A stretch of DNA of 64,000 nt from the NCBI RefSeq assembly GCF_030028105.1, contig NC_092384.1, positions 17,553,629 to 17,617,628 on the forward strand, written 5' to 3'. Under the pieces are notes generated by a model. That model was not told the origin of the DNA, searched no databases, and worked only from the letters and a program-made list of their open reading frames with translations. Shown here one piece after another: positions 36,366-48,639 of the stretch (positions are counted from its first letter, which is position 1; each line of letters opens with the position of its first letter). The translations under genes and the position numbers were made by a program. The stretch comes from Mobula birostris. Lineage: Eukaryota.

Positions 36366-37167
36366 AGCTAAGAGGTCCGAAGTGAGGAAGACATTGTCTT
36401 TTGAATGGGACTTGAGCGTTATTGAACAGCTGGGTTTGCGGCGGGCGTTAGCTTTGGAAACCTGACTACTTTTGGATTTTTCATTTCGTATCAAGACTGA
36501 GCTACAAATCCAAAAATATCACAGATTTCTATAGTACGAATGCACATGGAGTTGAATATTCTGGCAGCTCAACTGCTTAGGGAGTGTTTATGGACTTGAG
36601 GTTGAGCTTTCACGTCATAAACATTCAGTAATAGAGCTTTCCCTAGAATGTGAACCATTCCTGCAATAGTTCTCCCGTGCTGAATATGGCAAATCATCTC
36701 CTCCGTGAACCAACCAGGAACGCAAACGCAAGTTGCTATTAAACGCATTGATTATATAGTTCTATGCTTTCAAAAGACTGAAGTTCTGCAGCATAATGTT
36801 CGACACTGACTTAACACTGCGAAAGGAACGTTTGTGGAAACAATGCCTTGCAGAGGGTCAAGCAGGAACTGAACGAATTCAATTTCACCATACATAGAGT
36901 TTGCTAAAACGTGAGCCCTATTTTAATGTTTTGTAAACACGGACTCCTTCCGCTACAGCTATGGTCGGTGTCTAGCAGGGGAGATCAAATAGTTAGATCG
37001 CTTTATCTGTTTACCACAGTAGTTAGGGTTTCGCTTTGCCTACAATATGTATCCGGAGCTCACCATTGCCGGACCTCACTTCCCAAACATATACCGACGT
37101 CAACGTTCCTGGCCTTCTCAAATTCTAGGTGAAGGACAATCCTGAAGTGAAAATACGCGAAGGGCTT

Positions 37168-40100
37168 GCACCGAGATGTAGCTCCTCAGAGACCGTGTTG
37201 GGGATCTGGAGCTGCAGCTTGATGACCTACTGATTATCAGGGAAAGTGAAGAGGTTATAGACAGGAGCTACAGGGAGGTAGTCATCCCTAGGCTACAGGG
37301 GTCAGAGAACTGGGTCACTGTCAAGAGAGGGAAGAGAAATGCCCGGATAGTGGAGAGCACAGCTGTGGCTGTCCCCCTCAGCAACAAATATCTTGTTCTG
37401 GTTGCTGTTGAGGGGGATAACCTGACAGGGGACGCCCACGGTGACCGGGTCTCTGGCACTGAGCCTGGCGCTGTTGTGCAGGAGAGAAGGAGGGAGCAGT
37501 GGAATGCGGTAGTCATAGGGGGTTCCATAGTCAGGGGAACGGACAGGAGATTCTGTGAGCCTAATAGAGATACCCGCATGTTTTGTTGCCTCCCAGGTGC
37601 CAGGTTACGGGATGTCTCGGATCGGGTCCTGAATATTCTGAAGGGGGAGGGTGAGCAGTCAGTTGTCTTCGTACATGTCGGTACCGATGACATAGATAGG
37701 ACAAAGGAGGAGGTCCAGAAGAGAGATTTCTGGGAGTTAGGAAGGAAGCTGAGAAGCAGGACATCCAGGGAAGTAATCTCGGGATTGTTACCCGTGCCAC
37801 GTGCTAGCGAGGGCAAGAATAGTAGGATCAGGCAGATGAATGCGTGGCTGAGAGACTGGTGTAGGGGGCAGGGCTTCAGATTCTTGGATAATTGGGATCT
37901 CTTCTGGGCTAAGTACGACCTGTTCAAAAAGGACAGGCTTCACTTGAACCCGAAGGGAACCAATATCCTGGCGGGAAAGTTTAATAGAGCTGTTAGGGAG
38001 GGTTTAACCTAATTTGGCAGGGGGATGGGAACCAGAATGACAGAGCGAAGAATGGGGAAAACAGAAATAAATCTAAGATAGTGAGCAGTAAAGATGTCAG
38101 GAAAGACAGGCAGTTGATGGGGCAAATTTGTAGCCGTTAGGATGAGTTGGAGTGCAATAAAGTTGCAGTGAAATCAAAGCGAGAAGTACCAAATACTGGA
38201 CTTAAGGTGTTATGTTTAAATGCACGCAGCATAAGGAATGAGGTGGGTGATCTTGTCGTACAGCTACAGATTGGCAGGTATGATATTGTGGCCATCACGG
38301 AGACGTGGCTAAAGGATGCATTTCTCTGGGAGCTGAACGTCCAAAGATACACGGTGTAGCGGAAGGACAGGGAAGTAGGCAGAGGGGGAGGCGTGGCTTT
38401 ATTGGTAAGAAATGATATTAAATCATTAGAAAGAGGTGATATAGGATCGGAGGGTGCAGAATCTTTATGGGTTGAGCTAAGAAATCTCAGGGGTAAAAGG
38501 ACCGTGATGGCAGTTATTATAGGCATCCAAACAGCTGCAGTAATGTGCACTGCAAATTACAACAGGACATAGAAAAGGCTTGTCAGAAGTGCAGTGTTAT
38601 GATAATTGTGGGGGATTTTAACATGCGAGTGCATTGGGAAAATCAGGTCGGCACTGGATCTCAAGAGAGAGAATTTGTAGAATGTCTGCGAGATGGCTTT
38701 TTAGAACAGCTTGTTGTTGAGCCCACTAGGGGATCGGCTGTACTGGATTGGGTATTGTGTAATGAACCGGAGGTGATTAGAGAGATTGAGGAGAAGGAAC
38801 CCTCAGGGAGCAGTGAGCATAACATGATTGAGTCACTGTGAAAAAGAGAAGCCGAATTCTGATGTGTCAGTATTTCAGTGGAGTAAAGGAAATTACAGTG
38901 GCATGAGAGAGGAACTGGCCAAAGTTGACTGGAAAGGTACACCGGCGGGAAAGACAGCAGAACACCAGTGGCTGGAGTTTATGCGAGAAGTAAGGAAGGT
39001 ACAAGACAGGTACATTTCAAAAAAGAATAAATTTTCGAATGGAAAAAGGATGCAACTGTGGTTGACAAGAGAAGTCAAAGCCAAAGTTAAAGCAAAGGAG
39101 AGGGCATACAAGGAAGCAAAAATTAGTGGGAAGACAGAGGATTGGGCAGTTTTTAAAATCTTACAAAAGGAAACGAAGAAGGTCATTAACAGGGAAAAGC
39201 TTAACTACGAAAGGAAGCTTGCAAATAATGTCAAAGAGGATACTAAAAGATTTTTCAAGTATATAAAGAGTCAAACACAGGTGAGAGTAGATATTTGACC
39301 GATAGAAAATGATGCTGGAGAAATTGTAATGGGAGATAAGGAGATAGCAGAGGAACTGAACGAGTATTTTGCATCAGTCTTCACTGAGGAAGACATCAGC
39401 AGTATACCGGACACTCAAGGGTGGCAGGGAAGAGAAGTGTGCGCAGTCACAATTACGACAGACAAAATACTCAGGAAGCTGAATAGTCTAAAGGTAGATA
39501 AATCTCCAGGACCAGATGAAATGCACCTGCGTGTTCTGAAGGAAGTAGCTGTGGAGATTGTGGAGGCATTGGCGATGATCTTTTAGAAGTCGATAGATTC
39601 CGGCATTGTTCCAGAGGACTCGAAGATTGCAAATGTCACTCCGCTATTTAAGAAGGGGGCAAGGAAGCAAAAAGGAAATTATAGACCAGTTAGCTTCACA
39701 TCGGTGGTGGGAAAGTTGTTGGAGTTGATTGTAAAGGATGAGGTTACAGAGTACCTGGAGGTATATGACGAGATAGGCAGAACTCAGCATGGATTCCTTA
39801 AAGGAAAACCCTGCCTGACAAACCTATTACAATTTTTTGAGGAAATTACCAGTAGGCTAGACAAGGGAGATGCAGTGGATGTTGTATATTTGGATTTTCA
39901 GAAGGCCTTTGACGAGGTGCCACACATGAGGCTACTGAACAAGATAAGATCCTATGGCAATACGGGAAAGTTACAGACGTGAATAGAGCGTCGGCTGGTT
40001 GGCAGGAAACAGAGAGTGGGAATAAAGGGATGCTATTCTGGTTGGCTGCCGGTTACCAGTGGTGCTCCACAGGCGTACGTGTTGGGGCCGCTTCTTTTTA

Positions 40101-41085
40101 CATTGTACATCAACGATTTGGATTACGGAATAGATGGCTTTGTGGTTAAGTTTGCTGACGATATGGTGATATGTGGAGGGGCTGGTAGTGCTGAGGAAAC
40201 GGTGAGCCTGCAGAGAAACTTGGATAGATTGGAAGAATGGGCAAAAAAGTGGCAAATGAAATACAATGTTGGAAAGTGTATGGTTATGCACTTTGGCAGA
40301 AGAAATAAGCAGGAAGACTATTATTTAAATAGGGAAAGAATTCAAAGTTCTGAGTTGCAACGGGACTTGGGAATCCTCGTACAGGATACCCTTAAGGTTA
40401 ACCTCCAGGTTGAGTCAGTACTGAAGAAGACGAATGCAATGTTGGCATTCATTTCTAGAGGAATAGAGTATAGGAGCAGGGATGTGATGTTGAGGCACCA
40501 TAAGGCGCTGGTGAGACCTCACATGGATTACTGTGGGCAGTTTTGGTCTCCTTATTTCAGAAAGGATATGCTGAGGGTGGAGAGGGTACAGGAAAGATTC
40601 ACTAGAATGATTCCGGGAATGAGAGGGTTAACATATGAGGAAGGGTTGTCCGCTCTTGAACTGTATTCCTTGGAGCTTAAAAGAATGAGGAGAGACCTCA
40701 TAGAAACATTTTGAATGTTGAAAGGCATGGACCGAGTGGATGTGGCAAAGTTGTTTCCCATGATGGGGGAGTCTAGTACGAGAGGGCATGAATTAAGTAT
40801 TGAACTGCGCCCATTCAGAACAGAAATGCGAAGAATTTTTTTTAGTCAGAGAGTGGTGAATCTATGGAATTTGTTGCCACGGGCAGCAGTGGCGACCAAG
40901 TCATTGGGTGTATTTAAGGCAGAGCTTGATAGGTATCTGTGTAGCCAGGGCATCAAAGGTTATGGTGAGAAGGCGTAGGAGTGGGACTAAATGGAAGAAT
41001 GGATCAGCCAATGATAAAATGGCGGAGCAGACTTGATGGGCCGAATGGCCGACTTCTGCTTCTTTATCTTATGGTATTATGGTCT
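37168..41085 (+). mobile_element. Near full-length CR1: ORF1 SGNH esterase (37350-38012) and disrupted ORF2 EN-RT
   Basis: VVIGGSIVRG...CCLPGAR...VHVGTDD...HLN; CLNARSIRN, AITETW, GDFN; RT motifs; (ttatgg)n-like tail. Confidence 0.97.
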
Positions 41086-41169
41086 ATGGCTTCTGCAGAT
41101 ACTCGAAGCACAAAGGGATAGCGACAGACAAAATTGATCCACTTCAAGATCAGCGAGTTCAACACTGTT

Positions 41170-43340
41170 TGCATTCACTCTGTCCATACTGTTCATAATT
41201 TTGTATACCTCTATCAAATCTCCCCTCATTCTTCTACGCTCCAGGGAATAAAGTCCGAACCTATTCAACCTTTCTCAGTCACTCAGTTTCTCAAGTCCAA
41301 GCAACAATACTCCAGATACGGCCTCACCAATGCCTTATACAACCTCACCATAACATTCCAACTCTTATACTCAATATTTTGAGTTATAAAGGCCAATGTA
41401 TCAAATACTGTCTTTACAACCCTATCTACCTGTGATGCCACTTGTAGGGAATTTTGTATCTGAATTCCCAGATCCCTCTGTTCCACTGCTCTGCTCAGTG
41501 CCTTACCATTTACCTTATGTGTTCGACTGTGATTTGTCCTTCCAAAGTGCAATACCTCACACTTGTCTGCATTAAAATCCATCTGCCATTATAGAACAAG
41601 GAAGATAGAATAGTACAACACAGTACAGGTCCTTCGGCCCACAATGTTATGCCGACCCTTAAACCCTGCCTCCAATATAACCTCCCACCTTAAATTCCTC
41701 CATATACCTGTCTAGTAGTCTCTTAATTTTCACTAGTGTATCTGCCTCCACCACTGACGCAGCCAGTCCAAGCACCAACCACTCTCTGGGTAAAAAACAT
41801 TCCTCTAATATCCCCCTTGAACTTCCCACCCCTTACCTTAAAGCCATGTCCTCTTCTATTGAGCAGTGTTACCCTGGGGAAGAGGCGTTGTCTATCCACT
41901 CCATCTATTCCTCTTAATATCTTGTATTCCTCTATCATGTCTCCTCTCATCCTCCTTCTCTCCAAAGAGAAAAGCCCTAGCTCCCTTAATCTCTGATCAT
42001 AATGCATACTCTCTAAACCAGGCAGCATCCTGGAAAATCTCCTCTGTACCCTTTCCAATGCTTCCACATCCTTCCTATAGTGAGGCGACTAGTACTGGGC
42101 ACAATACTCCAAGAGTGGCCTAACCAGAGTTTTATAGAGTTGCATCATTACATCGCGACTCTTAAACTCTTTCCCTCGACTTATGAAAGCTAACACCCTA
42201 TATGCTTTCTTAACTACCCTATCCATTTGTGAAGCAACTTTCAGGGATCTGTGGACATGTATCCCCAGATCCCTCTGCTCCTCCACACTACCAAGTATCC
42301 TGCCATTTACTTTGTGCTCTGCCTTGGAGTTTGTCCTTCCAAAGTGTACTACTTCACACTTCTCCGGGTTGAACTCCAACTCAGGATGTCCTGGGCCTGG
42401 AAAGCGTCCACAGGCGCTTCACGAAAATATGACCAGAAATGAAAGCATTCACAGCGAGAGGCGTCCGGTATCACAGTACCTACAGTGGATGGAGCTCATA
42501 TGATCATAAAACCATAAGACGTAGGGGCTGAATTGGGCCATTTGGCCCATTGGGCCTGCTCTGCCATTTAATCAAGGATCATCGAATTTTCCTCTGAGCT
42601 CCAATATTTGCCTCCTCCATGTATCCCTTCATGACCTGACCAATTAACAAATATATCAATCTTTACCTTAAATATATAAAGACGTCGCCTTCACAGCTGT
42701 TTGTGTTCAATAGTTACCCGGATTCTCCACCTACTGCCTAAAGAAATTACTCCTCATCTCCATTCTAAAAGGACGCCCCTTTATTTTGAGGCTGTGTCCT
42801 CTCGTCGCAGACTCGCCCATCATAGGAGATATCCTGTCCACTCTATTCAGTCTATCAAGACCTTTCATTATCTGAGAGGTTTCAATAACGTTACCCCTCC
42901 TTCTTCTGAATTCTAGTTAATATAGTCCCAGAGCCGTCGAACGCTCTTCATATGAGGAGTGGGGGGGGGGGGAGGGGCGCAGATACCGCGAGTGATCTCA
43001 ATGAAACATGCCAGATAATGGGAAGCCCAAGGAGATTAGACGTGGAGAGGTGTTTCTTTTCGAGGCCGAGACTAGTATCAAAGTTTACAGATGCACATTG
43101 AAAGGATATGCCTTGGAATTAGCAAGAATTTCTTCTTGGCAAAGGGTGATGAATCTGTGGAACTTGCTGCCAAGGCAGGCTGCGGGGGTCAAATTTTTGG
43201 ACGTACTTAAGGCAGAGATTGAAATGTTCTTGACTGGTAAGGCATTTAAAGGTTACGAGTAGAAGACGGGAGAACAGGATTGAAAAATATCATACTGTAT
43301 TCAACGGCGGAGCAGAATGGATGATCTAAGTTTCCTCACC
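41170..43340. mobile_element. Stack of short CR1 3' fragments (about 41170-41590 -, 41590-42378 -, 42500-42950 -, 43020-43340 +)
   Basis: Repeated CEVLHFGR, LVRPxLEYC and ERRRMRGD motifs. Confidence 0.9.
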
Positions 43341-43609
43341 TGTTCTCATAATATTATGCTCATTGCAGAATTTAAACTTGCTCATGACAGGTCTTTGACG
43401 GAATTATAGTGAGGCGTAAAAAATTTGTTGGATCAATAGTCAACGACCAGAATTTTGTTATCCACTTGTAGATTGCCCAAAATAGAATGCAACCAAAATG
43501 AATCACTTATTTTTCCTTTCGTATTTCAGCATTGCTGTCCTTAAAGGCAGTTAAACTGATCAAACTCAAAAGCTTTCACGTATTGCTGCAAATGGAATCT
43601 ATTTATCAG

Positions 43610-45425
43610 TTCAATTACTATTTATTTATTTTGGATGTCCAGTCCCTATATACTTCCATCCCCCATCAGGAACGTCTCAAAGCTCTGCGCTTCTCTTTGG
43701 ATTCCAGACCTAGTCAGTTCCCCTCTACCACAACTCTGCTCCGTCTAGCGGAATTAGTCCTTAGTCTTAATAATTTCTCCTTTGGCTCCTCCCACTTCCT
43801 CCAAACTAAAGGTGTAGCTATGGGCACCCGTATGGGTCCTAGCTATGCCTGCCTTTTTGTTGGCTTTGTGGAACAATCTATGTTCCGTGCCTATTCTGGT
43901 ATCTGTCCCCCACTTTTCCTTCGCTACATCGATGACTGCATTGGCACTGCTTCCTGCACGCATGCAGAGCTCGTTGCTTTATTAACTTGGCCTCCAACTT
44001 TCACCCTGCCCTCAAGTTTACCTGGTCCATTTCTGACACCTCCCTCCCCTTTCTAGATCTTTCTGTCTCTGTCTCTGGAGACAGCTGATCCACTGATGAC
44101 TACTCTAAGCCTACTGACTCTCACAGCTATCTGGACTATTCCTCTTCTCACCCTGTCTCCTGCAAAAACGCCATCCCCTTCTCGCAATTCCTCCGTCTCC
44201 GCCGCATCTGCTCTCAGGATGCTTTTCATTCTAGGACGAGGGAGATGTCCTCCTTTTTTAAAGAAAGGGGCTACCCTTCCTCCACTATCAACTCTGCTCT
44301 TAAACGCATCTCCCCCATTTCACGTATATCTGCTCTCACTCCATCCTCCCGCCACCCCACTAGGAATAGGGCTCCCCTGGTCCTCACCTACCACCCCACC
44401 AGCCTCTGGGTCCAATATATTATTCTCTGTAACTTCCGCCACCTCCAACGGGATCCCACCACTAAGCACATCTTCCCCTCCCCCGCTCTCTCTGCCTTCT
44501 GCAGGGATCGCTCGGTACGCGACTCCCTTGTCCATTCGTTCCCCCCCCCCCACGATCCCTCCCCACTGATCTCCCTCCTGGCACTTATCCGTGTAAGCGG
44601 AACAAGTGCTACACATGCCCTTACACTGCCTCCCTTACCACCAATAATGCCCCAAACAGTCCATCCAGGTGAGGCAACACTTCACCTGTGAGTCGGCTGG
44701 GGTGATATACTGCGTCCGGTGCTCCCGATGTGGCCTTTTATATATTGGCGAGACCCGACGCAGACTGGGAGACCGCTTTGCTGAACCCCTACGCTCTGTC
44801 TGCCAGAGAAAGCAGGATCTCCCAATGGCTACGCATTTTAATTCCACATCCCCATTCCCATTCTGACATCTCTATCCACGGCCTCCTCTACTGTAAAGAT
44901 GAAGCCACACTCAGGTTGGAGGAACGACAGCTTATATTCCGTCTGGGTAGCCTCCAACCTGATGGCATGAACATCGACTTCTCTAACTTCCGCTAATGCC
45001 CCACCTCCCCCTCGTACGCCATCTGTTATTTATTTTTATACACACATTCTTTCTCTCACTCTCCTTTTTCTCCCTCTGTCCCTCTAAATATACCCCTTGC
45101 CCATCCTCTGGGTTCCCCCCCCCCCCCGTCTTTCTTCCCGGACCTCCTGTCCCATGATCCTCTCGTATCCCTTTTGCCAATGACCTGTCCAGCTCTTGGC
45201 TCCATCTCTCCCCCTCCTGTCTTCCCCTATCATTTTGGATCTCCCCCTCCCCCTCCAACTTTCAAATCTCTTACTCACTCTTCCTTCAGTTGGTCCTGAC
45301 AAAGGGTCTCGGCCTGAAACGTCGACTGCACCTCTTCCTAGAGATGCTGCCTGGCCTGCTGCGTTCACCAGCAACTTTGATGTGTGTTGCTTGAATTTCC
45401 AGCATCTGCAGAATTCCTGTTGTTT
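43610..45425 (+). mobile_element. Penelope-like element: RT, GIY-YIG endonuclease and terminal repeat; 5'-truncated and frameshifted
   Basis: DVQSLYTSIP, KGVAMGTRMGPSYA, RYIDD; VIYCVRCSRCGLLYIGETRRRLGDRF. Confidence 0.95.
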
Positions 45426-45629
45426 ACTATTTATTTATTTCCATTTTTAATTGTATTATGTTCCACGTTGGTTATTTGTCAATATTTCTCTGCAGTTTTT
45501 ATTGGTTCTATTGAATTTCTCAGGTTTACTCTAAATGCATGCAAGGAAATGAATCTCAAGATTGTATATGGTGATATATACATACTTTAAAAATATAGAT
45601 ACTTCCAACTTCGAACTTTTGAAAACTTT

Positions 45630-47690
45630 TAAAGACACTCATGAAGTTTTTCATACTGGTAGGTCTACCGAAGGAAATTCAATCTGACCAGGGTAGTAAC
45701 TTTACTTCGGGAACATCCCAGCACATAATTTATGAACTGTGGGCTAAACAAATTGTGTCACCTGCCTACCACGGTGCTTTGGAGTGGTTTCATTCCACTT
45801 TAAAGACCATGATTAAAACCTACTGTCATGAGAATGACAGGGACTGGGATGAAGGGATACACTTATTAGTTTTTGGTGTGTCCATTCCAGAATCCCTGGG
45901 GTTTATTCCATTTGAGCTCATTTTCGACCATGGCCCAAAGAATCTTTGACATAGCAGTTGTCTAACCCAAAAGTGTGTGTCAGTGTGTTAGATTATGTAC
46001 TGAAATTCTGGAAAAGACTTAATAGGGCAAGTGACCTTGCAAAACAGAATTTACAAAACTCCCAAGTTAAAATAAAACATTGGTATGATAAAAGAGCGAG
46101 GGACAGGTGTTCGAGGTTGGAGATAAGGTATTGGTCTTGTTCTCCCTGGTGACCAACCCCGTCCAAGCGCAATTACATGGACTACGTGAAATAATTAAGA
46201 AAATTGATTCTTTGAATTATGTTATTCAAACTCCTGACAGAAGAAAGGCCACCCAATTAGTGCATGTAAATATGGTGAAACCTTATTATGACTCTGAGAT
46301 GGTACCAGTAAGTACTGTTATGAAACAAAATGGGTTGTAGAATGTGGTAATGAGGTGCAAGATCATTTTAACAAGCTGAATATCATAACAACCAGACTTG
46401 AGAATTACAGTATTCTGACAGACCTTACTGATAAAGTCTGTCATCTGGAGCATGGACAGAGAAAGCAATTGAAAGAATTAATTAGTAAGCATAAAGATTT
46501 ATTTTCAAGACGGTGTACAGCTGCAGTGCATGACATCATTGTAAATTCCGGCCAGCCAATCAAACAGCAGCCTTACAGAATGATTTTAGAGAAAAATGAA
46601 ATGGTTGAACAAGAAATTGGAAACAAGAAAGAACAAGGAAAGAGAGTGGATGACTGTATTGCTAGAGTGAGAATGGCTAAATACGTTACAAAGATTGAGC
46701 TGGTGAAGCGATACTGGGGTGTTCCTTTAAAAGAGAGGGTTAGAGAAATATCTATATTTGTGACACCATCTGAACTGTATGAGTACGTACAATGGTTTAC
46801 CCTTCAGGATGAAAAATGCTCCAGGAACGTTTCAAGGAATGATCAACTTTATGATTAGAGGTCTAGAAAACACAGGGGCTTATATTGATGATTTAGTGGT
46901 CTGCAATGACACGTGGGAAGAGCATATTGCAGCGGTCGAAAAACTGTTTAAAGGGCTGCCCAAGGCCAATCTTACTGTGAACCAGATAAAAGTGAGTTTG
47001 GTCATGCCACAGTTACATATCTGGGCTATGTAGTAGGCCAGAGCCAACCGGCTCCTGTACAGGCCAAGGTTCAAGCTATTGCCGAGGTTCCCGTTCCACC
47101 GGGCAAGATAGCGTTAAGAAGGTTTTTTGGAACGGTTGGGTATTACCGAAAGTTTTGTAAGACCTTTGCAGATAACGCTCTCCCCCTTACGAAACTCCTA
47201 GGGAAGAGTGAAAGATTTGTATGCAGTGATCTTTGCCAGGAGGTATTTGAACACCTGATAACCATCCTGTGTTATCATCCCATGCTCAAAGCACCTGATT
47301 TTTCCAAGTCATTTTCCATAGCGCCAGACGCTATTGACGAAGCTTCTGGGGTAGTACTGTTACAGAGGGGTGAGGAAGAGATTGAACACCCAGTAGCTTA
47401 TTTCTCAAAGAAATTTAATGTACATCATAAAAAATTATTCCACTGTTGAAAAGGAGTTGATATCACTTATTTTGGCTTTACAACATTTTGAAATCTATGT
47501 TTCTCCTGCCCAGAAACCACTTGTGGTTTAGACAGATCACAATCCATTCGTGTTTCTGACTAAGATGAAGGATAAGAATAGAAGGTTATTAGAGTGGAGT
47601 CTGATATTGCAAGAATATGACCGGCAAATAAAACATGTGAAAGGTACTGACATCATTATAGCTGATTGTTTTTCCAGTTGTTAAATTAGA
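45630..47690 (+). mobile_element. Gmr1-type Ty3/Gypsy pol remnant, order integrase-RT-RNase H
   Basis: GLPKEIQSDQGSNF (45641-45949), FEVGDKVLV...VHVNMVKPY, then PIKQQPYR, YIDDLVV, then YFSKKF...YSTVEKE. Confidence 0.9.
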
Positions 47691-47783
47691 AACTATACAC
47701 GTTTTTGCTCTGTTATCTGATGATTATACAGATATTGTTTAAACTTTGTAATCTACAGTTTTTTTTTCCTAAAAGAAAGGAAG

Positions 47784-48624
47784 TTTAACGGGATCCTGAA
47801 TAATCCCTATGAACTGTGCTTTTAAAACAGAGAGAGCGAGAGAGGTATCCAACACAGACACCTTGTTATTAAGAGAGAGAGAGAGAGAGAGAGAGGGCAA
47901 ATGCTGATTGGAGATGGTGTTATGGTTTCTCTGCAGCATGTTTATAACTCTGCAAGGACACTGGCAGCTTCAAAGTTCTTACAGAGAGAGAAGGGAGGAG
48001 CTACTTGATGGACTGCTGCTGTTCAACATGGTAAGATAAAGAGAAGGTCAGATGATAGACTTACAGACACATGATTTTGGACACTGGATGAGCTTTGTTG
48101 TGCCCACAGAAAGGATGGGTTTTTGGAGTATTGATCAGGAGAATCGATCAGTGGTTCTCGCAGTGTGTAAAAGGTGTGACCGGTGGGGAGTTGTTCGTGT
48201 GTCCAACCCCGCCTAGGTTGATAATTCCACCACAGAAGAACGGTCCGCTTTGTTGTGGTCGCATTCGGTGAATTCTGAAGGATTTCGGTGGACAACGGGA
48301 AGATCGACGGCATCAGCTCACTGGAAGACTCAGACCTCTCTCTCTCACTCTCTCTCCACCTCTACTTAACTCAATACCACGAACTGAACTGAACTTTACT
48401 CATCACCGTAAGACTGTATCCATTTACCCCTAGGCTTGAAGAAGCTTGTTTTTTTTTAAATTTCCACACTTATATTTATATAATCATTGCTAACCTGTGG
48501 ATTTATCTGATTATATATTACTGTTTTGCGGAGTTACTAATAAATACCATTAGTTATTAGCATTACCAGACTCAAGTGTTTTCCATTTCTGCTGGATCTT
48601 TAACCCGTCACGGGGTACGTGACA
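47784..48624 (+). mobile_element. 3' LTR of the Gmr1-type element
   Basis: Purine tract aaaagaaaggaag precedes t(t)taacggg; ends cccgtcacggggtacgtgaca; contains (GA)n at about 47872-47894. Confidence 0.7.
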
Positions 48625-48639
48625 GGGTCTATTCATCCC

